In this document: piece by piece, positions 45,373 through 54,104 of the stretch | How the letters are laid out: each line of letters starts with the position of its first letter | Position numbering within the stretch: the first letter of the stretch is position 1 | IMG/VR virus record: IMGVR_UViG_3300046804_003463 | Coordinates: 1-64,000 of that record | Reading direction: 5' to 3' (one strand) | From: a virus | DNA length: 64,000 bases | Position numbers and translations under genes: made by a program | The notes under the pieces: model-generated | The model's input: only the letters and a program-made list of their open reading frames with translations | Told to the model about the DNA's origin: nothing | Databases searched by the model: none

Positions 45373-46073
45373 TCTTCCATATCATTTCGTAGCAGTGAAT
45401 GCCATGTGCTGTTGTACTCACCTGGTGAAAACGGATGATTGACATCACAATACACAAGATTCTCACCAACAAGATTGTTTCTCTTCCAGTTGGCACTCAT
45501 AAAATCTTCCATCATGTATTGTACACCAGAATTGTAGAACTCATCAATGTGATTGTAAGCATCAGCATACTTGTCCATGTTTTCGGATGATGAGAACGCA
45601 AACTGATCGTTGCCAAAGTCACGTTCTGGTGTCATGCGACAGTTTGGTATATACAACTTACTGTTGTCTAGTTCTTCAAATGGTATGCGAACATTAATAG
45701 CAAAGTCAAATCGTGAACGAATGACCCAATCAAACTTTGTTTCAAAGTATTTTTCATACTCATACTTTGTTTTCATACACTCTCTGATTGCATACAACTG
45801 AGCATATGTTGACATGCGACCATCTTTAACTTTCCAGTTTGGTGATGGTGGTGGAGTATTCGTGTACTTTGACAAATCAACTGTGGGATTTGGTGATGTC
45901 TTAAAGCTGTATGCATTGTATGTTGAAGAAATCTTTTGCATTTGTTCAGCAGGCATTTCCCAAGAATGCAGAAATACAGTAACATCATTACCTTTGATGA
46001 TGTTCTCGTAATGATATGCATAGCCTTTTTCCCACATTCTTGGTTGGCCAGAAATACATAGTGCTATTCTCAT
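45360..46073 (-). CDS. Putative glycosyltransferase-like protein
   Basis: IALCISGQPR, FLHSW, DWVIRSRFD, NDQFA. Confidence 0.65.
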   Translation of the reverse strand: MRIALCISGQPRMWEKGYAYHYENIIKGNDVTVFLHSWEMPAEQMQKISSTYNAYSFKTSPNPTVDLSKYTNTPPPSPNWKVKDGRMSTYAQLYAIRECMKTKYEYEKYFETKFDWVIRSRFDFAINVRIPFEELDNSKLYIPNCRMTPERDFGNDQFAFSSSENMDKYADAYNHIDEFYNSGVQYMMEDFMSANWKRNNLVGENLVYCDVNHPFSPGEYNSTWHSLLRNDMEEWLK

Positions 46074-46750
46074 AGTTCTCTTCCTACATTTGCTTTGTTG
46101 TCTGTGATGCCAAATGGCTTTAGTTGTTCCTTTTCCATCACAACCATACTATTGTAAAATGAAACAGAATACAGATTGTGATATACATCTAATGCTTCTT
46201 GTGAAATTGGTGAACCTTGAAAGTGTTGCTGATTGACAATATCAGTTGCTCGTTTACAATGTTCTGTGAATGTACCAGCACCACGAAACACACCACCCCA
46301 TGGCTGTGGCCAATAACTTGTGTGAGTGTCTTCACAAATGTAAACACCACCTTCTTTGATATGTGGAAAAACTTTATTGAGTGTGGTGATTTGATGATTC
46401 ATTACATGTGAACCATCGTCAATTACAATGTCAAACTTGTCTTGTGTTTTGAGAAATTCATCCCAAAACTCTGGATCACTTTGGTCACCCATCACAATAT
46501 TGACATCACCATCATACTCATACTTCAAACATTCTTCATTGATGTCAATAGCAACAACTGATGTATCAGAACCAAAGTATTTCAACCACATCTCAATTGA
46601 GCCACCACCCAACACACCAATTTCAAGTATGCGTGGTGCTTTGTGAGTAAATTTACTCAGATGTCTTTCATATACATCAAAATAACCTGACCATTTGGTA
46701 GAACCTTTTTCAAGTTCCCAAAATAATTCTTTGATTCTATTTGTCGTCAT
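46070..46750 (-). CDS. Class I SAM-dependent methyltransferase
   Basis: LEIGVLGGGS, GDQS, DIVIDDGSH, GGVYICED. Confidence 0.88.
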   Translation of the reverse strand: MTTNRIKELFWELEKGSTKWSGYFDVYERHLSKFTHKAPRILEIGVLGGGSIEMWLKYFGSDTSVVAIDINEECLKYEYDGDVNIVMGDQSDPEFWDEFLKTQDKFDIVIDDGSHVMNHQITTLNKVFPHIKEGGVYICEDTHTSYWPQPWGGVFRGAGTFTEHCKRATDIVNQQHFQGSPISQEALDVYHNLYSVSFYNSMVVMEKEQLKPFGITDNKANVGREL

Positions 46751-47579
46751 ATTTCGCCTCAATCACTTTACGCCATTCTGGCACACGATCATACTGATGT
46801 ACAATAGTATACTCTATTCCTGTTGAAGTTACAACCTTGTCACCTTCTAGTTTCGGTGATGGTTCTAATAGATGTGGTCTAAACTGTTCAATCTTACTTG
46901 GATCAGCAGTTGTACCTAATTGACATGCCCAACCTTCTTCTGATTTCATGTACATTGATGTTTTCACATATGGATGTCTAGAAACCATCACATTGAATAC
47001 CGCTTGATCAACAATTGGTATTGGGCGATTGATACAGTTCAAAAATAATTGCAATGTTAAATCTCTCATTGCATGTCCACGGCCGGCAAGAACACCTACA
47101 TTGAAAATTGTATTGTTCTTGAAATCATCATAGATGCCTTGACCATAACATTGTGTAATATTTTCACGACCCCATGGCTCATCTTTATATTTCATACTTT
47201 CAGAAGAAAACACTAAGTCTTCTTGTGCAGAAAGATTCTCTTCTAACCATGTAACAGGATTTTTTTGAAAGATAACATCTCGTACATCAGTGGTAATCAC
47301 ATAACGATAGTCGTTGCTTTTGAGCAGTTTGTAAATATGAACAAATCGTTCAACATGCACCATCAGTTGTGATTGATAAGTTAGATTACCTTCACCGTCT
47401 TGATTGAATGCAATGATTGAGAAACCTGCTTCAGTTACCTTTTTTACGGTATCTTTGTCGCAGTTCATGAGAATCAGAACTTTGTCACCCTCAAAGCCTG
47501 ATTGATTGATTGAATTAATCCAATACTTTAGTTTTGCCCAATCATAATTTGTTGAGCAACCCACGATCAAATCCTTCAT
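46737..47579 (-). CDS. GT-A fold glycosyltransferase-like protein
   Basis: TDVRDV (DxD), NVG, DQAVFN, HQYDR. Confidence 0.75.
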   Translation of the reverse strand: MKDLIVGCSTNYDWAKLKYWINSINQSGFEGDKVLILMNCDKDTVKKVTEAGFSIIAFNQDGEGNLTYQSQLMVHVERFVHIYKLLKSNDYRYVITTDVRDVIFQKNPVTWLEENLSAQEDLVFSSESMKYKDEPWGRENITQCYGQGIYDDFKNNTIFNVGVLAGRGHAMRDLTLQLFLNCINRPIPIVDQAVFNVMVSRHPYVKTSMYMKSEEGWACQLGTTADPSKIEQFRPHLLEPSPKLEGDKVVTSTGIEYTIVHQYDRVPEWRKVIEAKYDDK

Positions 47580-47594
47580 AATATCTCCAATAAT

Positions 47595-47780
47595 TTATTT
47601 TATGTCTGTTGTTGCCCAGTTCGTTGTGTATTTTTTGTATTGTTGTTGACTCTGACCAGGCGTGTCATCAAGATATTTAGCAGTGAGTTCTGGTCTGCCC
47701 CACTCACCACCACCTGCTTTAGACACAAACTCTTGTCTGCTATCTTTATTTGCCTTGAGATAATCTTTGAATGTTTTCAT
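47595..47780 (-). CDS. Small CTS-like protein
   Basis: MKTFKDYLK; GEWG..Y..DTPGQ. Confidence 0.65.
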   Translation of the reverse strand: MKTFKDYLKANKDSRQEFVSKAGGGEWGRPELTAKYLDDTPGQSQQQYKKYTTNWATTDIK

Positions 47781-48100
47781 ATCGTGAATGAAGAACCGCA
47801 ACCACAAGTAGCAGTTACGTTTGGATTTTTGATTGTAAATGAAGCGCCCATCAAATCTTCTTTATAATCAATCTCGGCTTCATTCATATATTGTAAACTT
47901 ATAGTATCTATGACAACGCCAACACCATCTCTTTCGAATGTCATATCATCTTCATTTGGTGGGTATTCTTCTAACGTAAACCCATATTGAAAACCCGAAC
48001 ACCCACCACCTTGTACAAACACACGAAGTTTCAATGAAGGATCTTCTTCAGCAATAATTGTCTTGATTTTTCTCACAGCAGAATCAGATATAGTTATCAT
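47777..48100 (-). CDS. erpA: Fe-S cluster insertion protein (ErpA/IscA family)
   Basis: [16 protein letters not shown]. Confidence 0.9.
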   Translation of the reverse strand: MITISDSAVRKIKTIIAEEDPSLKLRVFVQGGGCSGFQYGFTLEEYPPNEDDMTFERDGVGVVIDTISLQYMNEAEIDYKEDLMGASFTIKNPNVTATCGCGSSFTI

Positions 48101-48222
48101 TCAGATTTATTCCCTTTAACAATACCCATTACTTTTGCTTGTAAATTTTTTGCAAACTGTGGTTGTGGAAAATTCCAACCAATAAATGCACCCAATAACA
48201 ACCAGAAAAGTGTTTCTAACAT
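48097..48222 (-). CDS. Small membrane protein ([21 protein letters not shown]..)
   Basis: Own translation, 41 aa; AAGGAG RBS. Confidence 0.6.
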   Translation of the reverse strand: MLETLFWLLLGAFIGWNFPQPQFAKNLQAKVMGIVKGNKSE

Positions 48223-48232
48223 ATGAGTCTCC

Positions 48233-48517
48233 TTATCCTCTTGTGAGTGTCAGTATTTTTTGCATTTGTTTCTCAATGATAGGACCACGATTAGGCCAAT
48301 GAATGTATGGCTGACTTGCGGTCTTGTATAGATTCGTCAGAAATGGCATGATAATCTTTTCCACTTGTTGAAGTCTTGCTTTATACTCTTCAACGGTTTC
48401 ATCTTTCTCAGCAATGACTGCTTGGTACTCAACTTCATCTACTGTGCTGAAGCCAAAATCATCATCTGCATACTCTGCTAAAATTTTATTGATATCGTAT
48501 TCCATTACTTGTCCCAT
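48233..48517 (-). CDS. Conserved hypothetical protein
   Basis: DDFGFS..I.P.L.NL..YI.WPNR. Confidence 0.75.
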   Translation of the reverse strand: MGQVMEYDINKILAEYADDDFGFSTVDEVEYQAVIAEKDETVEEYKARLQQVEKIIMPFLTNLYKTASQPYIHWPNRGPIIEKQMQKILTLTRG

Positions 48518-49728
48518 GCTTTCTGTGCGTTAAAGTTTTGTCTGCTGAACTCTAGTCTGTCTACTAGTTTCAATGCTTTACCAACATGATCTACAGCAAC
48601 AAAACCCTCTGGTGCTGTGATACGAAAACCATCATCAGTGCGAACAAATGTACCAATGCTCTTGATAGTTTCCAACTTACGAATAATCATCAACTTGGCA
48701 TCAACAATCAAATTCATCAAGTCAAATATTGATTTTAGTTGAATGGCATTTGAACGATAGAAACGCATCACTTCATTCTTTTCTTTGATACGTTTTTGTT
48801 TTGTATCTTCTTTCTTTGCTGCAAGAATTTCTTTGTTCAATTTTGCTTCAACATAATTCATCAATTCTTGTGTATGAATTCTTGTGTCTGCAATCTTTTT
48901 ACCTTCACGAACTTTTGTATTGTTGAATGTTTTGATTTGTGTAAGAAAAACATCCGATGCAGCAATACGATTCAATGTCAATGCGGGTATTGAATTGAAA
49001 ACTCTGCCTGCATTTGAAAGAATAGATGTAATTGCTGCCGTTTCTTCTTCAGTAAATGTAACTGAACCTGACGCATCAGTAAACGAAGCATCACGAAACC
49101 AAACATCTTTTGTTGGCTTCAAATGTCCAATGTCAATGTTGTATGATGCTTTCATTGTCTCTAATGTTTTACCAGAGTATGATGTATGAAACACAACACC
49201 AATCTGTGCAGCCATCATTGTCTGTGCTAACTTTGATTTTGTTGGCACAGCATATACGATTGTGTTTGGTTGAAATATAATGTATTCTTCACCATCAATA
49301 GTTTCTTTTTTGATGTCGCCCTTACTGAACATCATATCACCTTGCAGTACACCTTTGATACCCAATTTAGGTAAGAATGCAAGTGCAAGTTTTAGTTTCT
49401 GATTCAGTCCACCACCAGGATGATTTGCATCAATATCTTCATCAGTATAATTCAATTTTGCATTTTTTGCAAACACTGATTTAGTGCCAACGAAAAAATT
49501 ACCGTTCTCTGGATTTGTACCAGCAAAGATAGCAGGTGCGCCATCCCATTTTGTGGTTACATTTATTTTTGAACCTGTATGACCGGCAAGCATATTACGC
49601 AATGAACGAAGAAAATCTATTGCTTCACGTGCGCCTGATACACCACCGTTTAGTACGTTGTCTTCAAGATGCTCAAGATGAACATTCTTGCCTTCTTTAC
49701 TTTCTTTGAGATATTCCATGAATTTCAT
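48505..49728 (-). CDS. Conserved T4-like CTS-bearing protein (ligase/NTase-like KWDG motif)
   Basis: MKFMEYLKE; HLEHLED, KWDGAP, QGD, EGFV, KLVDR. Confidence 0.75.
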   Translation of the reverse strand: MKFMEYLKESKEGKNVHLEHLEDNVLNGGVSGAREAIDFLRSLRNMLAGHTGSKINVTTKWDGAPAIFAGTNPENGNFFVGTKSVFAKNAKLNYTDEDIDANHPGGGLNQKLKLALAFLPKLGIKGVLQGDMMFSKGDIKKETIDGEEYIIFQPNTIVYAVPTKSKLAQTMMAAQIGVVFHTSYSGKTLETMKASYNIDIGHLKPTKDVWFRDASFTDASGSVTFTEEETAAITSILSNAGRVFNSIPALTLNRIAASDVFLTQIKTFNNTKVREGKKIADTRIHTQELMNYVEAKLNKEILAAKKEDTKQKRIKEKNEVMRFYRSNAIQLKSIFDLMNLIVDAKLMIIRKLETIKSIGTFVRTDDGFRITAPEGFVAVDHVGKALKLVDRLEFSRQNFNAQKAWDK

Positions 49729-50453
49729 TTTGACATACTTAGAAATGGGTTTTCTTTTTTTGTTCCTGGTGCCACAGAAAATTTACTATTAGGCATTTTT
49801 TTGATTTTTATTTCCGCTTGTACTTCATAAAATTCTGAACGGGTAGCAACACGAACTTTGAAATCACCTGATCCACTCAAAACTGGAATGCCTTTTATTT
49901 TGAGTGGATTCTTTTTTGATATCATATAAAAATCATCACCTGCCTGCATGTAGTAAGCCGGCTCCGCTTTACCAATTGTATAGTGTTCTGTTACGACATC
50001 ACCAAGATTATAATTTTCTTCATTAGCAATATAACGATTGACACTTGGTTGATCAAAAAATGCTTTCATTACACTCAAAGGCACTGCACCTTCCTCTTTG
50101 AGTCCACTTTTTGTAGTTGGTATCTTGATTACTTTTTCGGGTATGCCAGAAAACTTTGCAATATCCTTGATAAACTTTTTGGCTTGTGCAGACTTATTCA
50201 AAATATCTACGGTGTGTTTGGCAGCAGGAGTTTTATAAGTCGTATGCCACTTACCTTTCTCATAATAAACACGTGGATTGGAAAGATTATCTGTGTGAGA
50301 CATTTTTACCTCTATCCACACTTTCATGCGATTGTACTCCATCAATACATCAGAATACTCTGTGCTAACTTTCGGCCTTTTTGCTGTAACTCCAGGAATC
50401 TTATTGATATTTTTGGCGACATCATTTTCAAATTTGTCGGAGGCTGCACTCAT
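49725..50453 (-). CDS. Hypothetical PD-(D/E)xK-like protein
   Basis: SD..IEVK motif; TATAAATA late promoter upstream. Confidence 0.6.
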   Translation of the reverse strand: MSAASDKFENDVAKNINKIPGVTAKRPKVSTEYSDVLMEYNRMKVWIEVKMSHTDNLSNPRVYYEKGKWHTTYKTPAAKHTVDILNKSAQAKKFIKDIAKFSGIPEKVIKIPTTKSGLKEEGAVPLSVMKAFFDQPSVNRYIANEENYNLGDVVTEHYTIGKAEPAYYMQAGDDFYMISKKNPLKIKGIPVLSGSGDFKVRVATRSEFYEVQAEIKIKKMPNSKFSVAPGTKKENPFLSMSK

Positions 50454-50480
50454 TAAACATCCTTTCAGTTGTTATTAGAG

Positions 50481-50488
50481 TATTTATA
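50481..50488 (-). promoter_or_regulatory. T4 late promoter
   Basis: Exact TATAAATA. Confidence 0.75.
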
Positions 50489-51890
50489 CCTTGAAGCCTC
50501 CGAACTTATTCTTCATTCCTGACTGTCTTTCACGGTCACCGAAACTATTCAGAGGTTTGTCATCAACTTGACCAGAATCAACAAGGTCTTCTTGTGCTGA
50601 CTGTTCTACATCATACAGTTTCATTTTGGCTCTGTCAATACCAATAACAAACCTTTTGAAATAACCAGGATCATTGTAACGATTCTTTAGTTGCTTAATT
50701 AATATCTGATTCAATTGTTGCAACTCTTCGGTACTTATCAAAGCGAACATAAAGTCAGCGGTCGCTGGTAGGCCAAAGGACTCTGAAGTGTCCTCAAGAC
50801 CAGGATCGCTGGAGGTGAAGCCAGAACGAGTTGTCTGCGTAGCCGATACTATTGGAACATCAAACTCAACCGCTAGACCTCTAAGCTCTTCCGCAATAGC
50901 CTTAACATAAGAATAACTATTTACATTAGCACCAGGTTTGATTCTGGCACTTGCACAAATGTTAAGATAGTCAATGAAGATGATGTCAGGTTTGAAACTT
51001 TTCTTTAGTTGCAATTCATTTAACAAAGCACGGAAGTGCAATGCTGATGCTGCTGCTGTTGGATACTCTTTGATGATAAGTTTGCCTTGTGTCTTGACTT
51101 TGAGTGCAGAAAACTTACGATCATAATCTTGCTTTGAAATAGAATTTAAGTCTGCAATATCAATATTCAATAGATTCGCATCAATACGTTCAGCAATTCT
51201 TTCTTCGGCCATTTCCATTGTGATATACAACACATTCAGGCCTTGTGATAAACATGAACCAGCCACATGACACATGAACAATGATTTACCAACGCCTGTG
51301 CCAGCAAGTGCAATGTTCAGTGTTTTCTTTGGCAGACCACCTTTGGTAATTTTATTGAACAAATCAAGGTCAAATGGTATTTTTGTTTCATGACGATGAT
51401 AGAACTCAAAACGGTTGTCGGAATCATCAATATAGTCGTGACCAACGGACCTGTCAAATGATACACCAAGTGCATCACTTAACAACTTTGGTATCATGCC
51501 TTTATCTTCTTTGTTAGCCTTATCATCAAGAATATTAACAGACTTCATGATGGCATTGTAGATTGCTTTATCTTGACAAAACTTCTCTGTTTGTTTGATT
51601 AGCCATTCTGTATCTGTTGGGTCATCTTTATCTGCATTTATTTCACGAATCATCTCAACTGATTTTCTGACCTGATCTTCAGTTAGTTTGCGTGATTCAG
51701 TGAAATTAATTACAAGAGATTCGTAGGTAGGAAGATGTTTAAATTGGTGAATGTGTTCATCAATTTCGTTGAACACAATTTTTTCGGTGCTGTCAGTGAA
51801 GTATTCTGTTTTTATGAAAGGTAAAATCTTTCTTGCATAATCTTCATTGTAAATTAAGTTCTTCAGTATCGTAGTTTCTAGTCTTTTCAT
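50484..51890 (-). CDS. Replicative DNA helicase (T4 gp41)
   Basis: AGTGVGKS, IDYLNI, SESFGLPATAD, KNRY. Confidence 0.95.
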   Translation of the reverse strand: MKRLETTILKNLIYNEDYARKILPFIKTEYFTDSTEKIVFNEIDEHIHQFKHLPTYESLVINFTESRKLTEDQVRKSVEMIREINADKDDPTDTEWLIKQTEKFCQDKAIYNAIMKSVNILDDKANKEDKGMIPKLLSDALGVSFDRSVGHDYIDDSDNRFEFYHRHETKIPFDLDLFNKITKGGLPKKTLNIALAGTGVGKSLFMCHVAGSCLSQGLNVLYITMEMAEERIAERIDANLLNIDIADLNSISKQDYDRKFSALKVKTQGKLIIKEYPTAAASALHFRALLNELQLKKSFKPDIIFIDYLNICASARIKPGANVNSYSYVKAIAEELRGLAVEFDVPIVSATQTTRSGFTSSDPGLEDTSESFGLPATADFMFALISTEELQQLNQILIKQLKNRYNDPGYFKRFVIGIDRAKMKLYDVEQSAQEDLVDSGQVDDKPLNSFGDRERQSGMKNKFGGFKV

Positions 51891-52215
51891 TCGGTTTTTC
51901 CAAAAGTATTTCTGTGAGTATATCACCAATCATTGTAACAAACTCTTCATCATTTTGCAAGTCATTCATATCAAATGATGAGGAGTTGATGATTGTGTAA
52001 TCAAACGAAAGTCGGGCAAAGTCGCCTTCTTCTACAATCTTTGCTTTGCCATATTGATAAACAACACCAGCATACTTACCTTTGAGTATGCCGATGTTTG
52101 TTATGACATCATCTTCTTCAGATGATAGAAAATGGAAGTCTTCGTCAATCTGATACTTCGGCTTCTTCTTCCAAGGATACAGTTTCGCCCATAATGCTAC
52201 TATAAGTGATTTCAT
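51844..52215 (-). CDS. Hypothetical protein at the gp40 position
   Basis: Synteny between uvsX and gp41. Confidence 0.55.
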   Translation of the reverse strand: MKSLIVALWAKLYPWKKKPKYQIDEDFHFLSSEEDDVITNIGILKGKYAGVVYQYGKAKIVEEGDFARLSFDYTIINSSSFDMNDLQNDEEFVTMIGDILTEILLEKPNEKTRNYDTEELNLQ

Positions 52216-53206
52216 ATTTCTTCCTTACAAACTCCTTGAACCTTTCATCAGCAAGAATATCCTTCCAAAATTCTTCTGTTTGTGTTTCTGCAAATCTCTT
52301 TTTGTCTAACACTTCACCAGTTTCTTGGTCAACTTTGGCATACCAGCCATTACTTGGCTTCACAACGAAATTACCTTCGATAGCGATATCCAATAAGCCA
52401 GACCACTTGTTAATACCACCATCAAAAGATACAGTAACAGGTATTTTAGATTTTTCACGGACATATCTACTTTTCTCTACGTTGATGATGAAGTTGTAGC
52501 CAACGATTTCTGAACCATCTTTGTCTTGTTGACGACCAAGAATCCAAATTGTATCGGCTGAGTAATAAGAGCCTGTGCCACCACCAACGATGTCTTTCGG
52601 AAACATACCAATCTCTTTGTATGTGTGATTAACAACGACCATTGGTATATCTTTGATCGTTAGATGTGGTGTGACCATACGAAACAAAGACTTCATCTGC
52701 TTTGCTCGGCTCATGTCAGCAACAGATTTACCTTCAATTGAATCTTCAACTTCTTTCTTTGATGCCAAATTACCAATTGAATCTAACACAATAATTACTT
52801 TGTCAGTCTTCTCAATGTTTTGTAGTTGATTCATGATGTCATGTTTCAACTGTTCAACATCAGTAATTGGTGTGTGCAACACACGTTCAGTATCTATACC
52901 AAAGGCATCAAAGTAACTTTGTGGTGTGCCAAATTCTGAATCATAAAATAATACAACGGCATCATCATATTTGTTCATGTAAGATTTTGCCATGAGTAAA
53001 GCAAATGCCGTCTTGAAGTGTTTTGATGGACCGGCAAACATCGTAAGACCAGGTGTCAAGCCACCATCTAAATCACCCGAAAGTGCCACATTGACAATAG
53101 GCACATCAGTTTGAATCATGTCTTTTTCCGTAAAGAACTTTGATTTAGAAAGCACCGATGTCTCTTTGATCGTTGATGATTTCTTTAGTTTGTCAAGTAC
53201 GCTCAT
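52145..53206 (-). CDS. uvsX: RecA-like recombinase
   Basis: GPSKHFKT, YDSEFG, DSIGNLAS. Confidence 0.95.
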   Translation of the reverse strand: MSVLDKLKKSSTIKETSVLSKSKFFTEKDMIQTDVPIVNVALSGDLDGGLTPGLTMFAGPSKHFKTAFALLMAKSYMNKYDDAVVLFYDSEFGTPQSYFDAFGIDTERVLHTPITDVEQLKHDIMNQLQNIEKTDKVIIVLDSIGNLASKKEVEDSIEGKSVADMSRAKQMKSLFRMVTPHLTIKDIPMVVVNHTYKEIGMFPKDIVGGGTGSYYSADTIWILGRQQDKDGSEIVGYNFIINVEKSRYVREKSKIPVTVSFDGGINKWSGLLDIAIEGNFVVKPSNGWYAKVDQETGEVLDKKRFAETQTEEFWKDILADERFKEFVRKKYEITYSSIMGETVSLEEEAEVSD

Positions 53207-54104
53207 TCATATCTCCAATGTCTGCAATTTTATCTTTTGGTATCACCGTATGTTTATCATCTACAAAGAATGATTCTAATGTACGTGATGGTGTGCTGTC
53301 AAGTTTTTTCTTCTTTACAACCTTTTTGATTGGCTCTATTTCACCTTTATCTTCTCTGATTCTACGATATGTTTGATTTGCCGCTATCAATAATAGCACA
53401 GCAAGTGGGTCAAACACAATGATAATGACAAAGATAACTAGGCGAACTGCTTTGTCAATCAAGTCCCTATCTTGTGTGCCATAAACTACTTCGGCAACAT
53501 ATTTTATAGGCCCCAAATCCGATTCAGCCTTTTTAACTTCCAAGGATAAAGGGAGCTTTTCCTCTGTGAGTGTCTGTATCTCTTTTTGAAGCCTCTTAGT
53601 CTCAGCAATGATTCTCTCACGGTCTTTCTGTTGGGCTTTGCGGATCTGGTTCGCCCGTTCGGCACCCTTTTCGTCTTTTGACCTGCCCATAACTTGATCG
53701 ACAGCCTCATCATACTGACTAAGGTTCTTGTTGTTCCTCTCAATCTGCGATTGAATAACTTTGATCTTTTCATCATAGATTTCTACCTTTGCTGCTTGTG
53801 GTGCTATTGTGCTTGAATGTTCAATGTGTGCTTTTGACAAATAACCAAAAATACCCATTGATGTAATACCCATCAACAACACAACTGCAATGAGAAAATA
53901 AAGTTTGAGTGCAGAGAATGTTGTTTTCCAATGATTATATACCCACGATACAGTTACCAGTTTTGCTGCTTCAAGCACAGAACCCATGAGAATAATAGGC
54001 CAGTATGAACCTGGAAATATCTGTGCAAGTCCAATCACCGAGTAATATGCAGCAATACCCGATAAGGCAATAGCAGTCAAAAATGGCAGTATTACATGTA
54101 TCAC
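53193..54104 (-). CDS. Membrane coiled-coil protein
   Basis: TMs at both ends, GPIKY, FDPLAV. Confidence 0.75.
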   Translation of the reverse strand: MIHVILPFLTAIALSGIAAYYSVIGLAQIFPGSYWPIILMGSVLEAAKLVTVSWVYNHWKTTFSALKLYFLIAVVLLMGITSMGIFGYLSKAHIEHSSTIAPQAAKVEIYDEKIKVIQSQIERNNKNLSQYDEAVDQVMGRSKDEKGAERANQIRKAQQKDRERIIAETKRLQKEIQTLTEEKLPLSLEVKKAESDLGPIKYVAEVVYGTQDRDLIDKAVRLVIFVIIIVFDPLAVLLLIAANQTYRRIREDKGEIEPIKKVVKKKKLDSTPSRTLESFFVDDKHTVIPKDKIADIGDMNERT

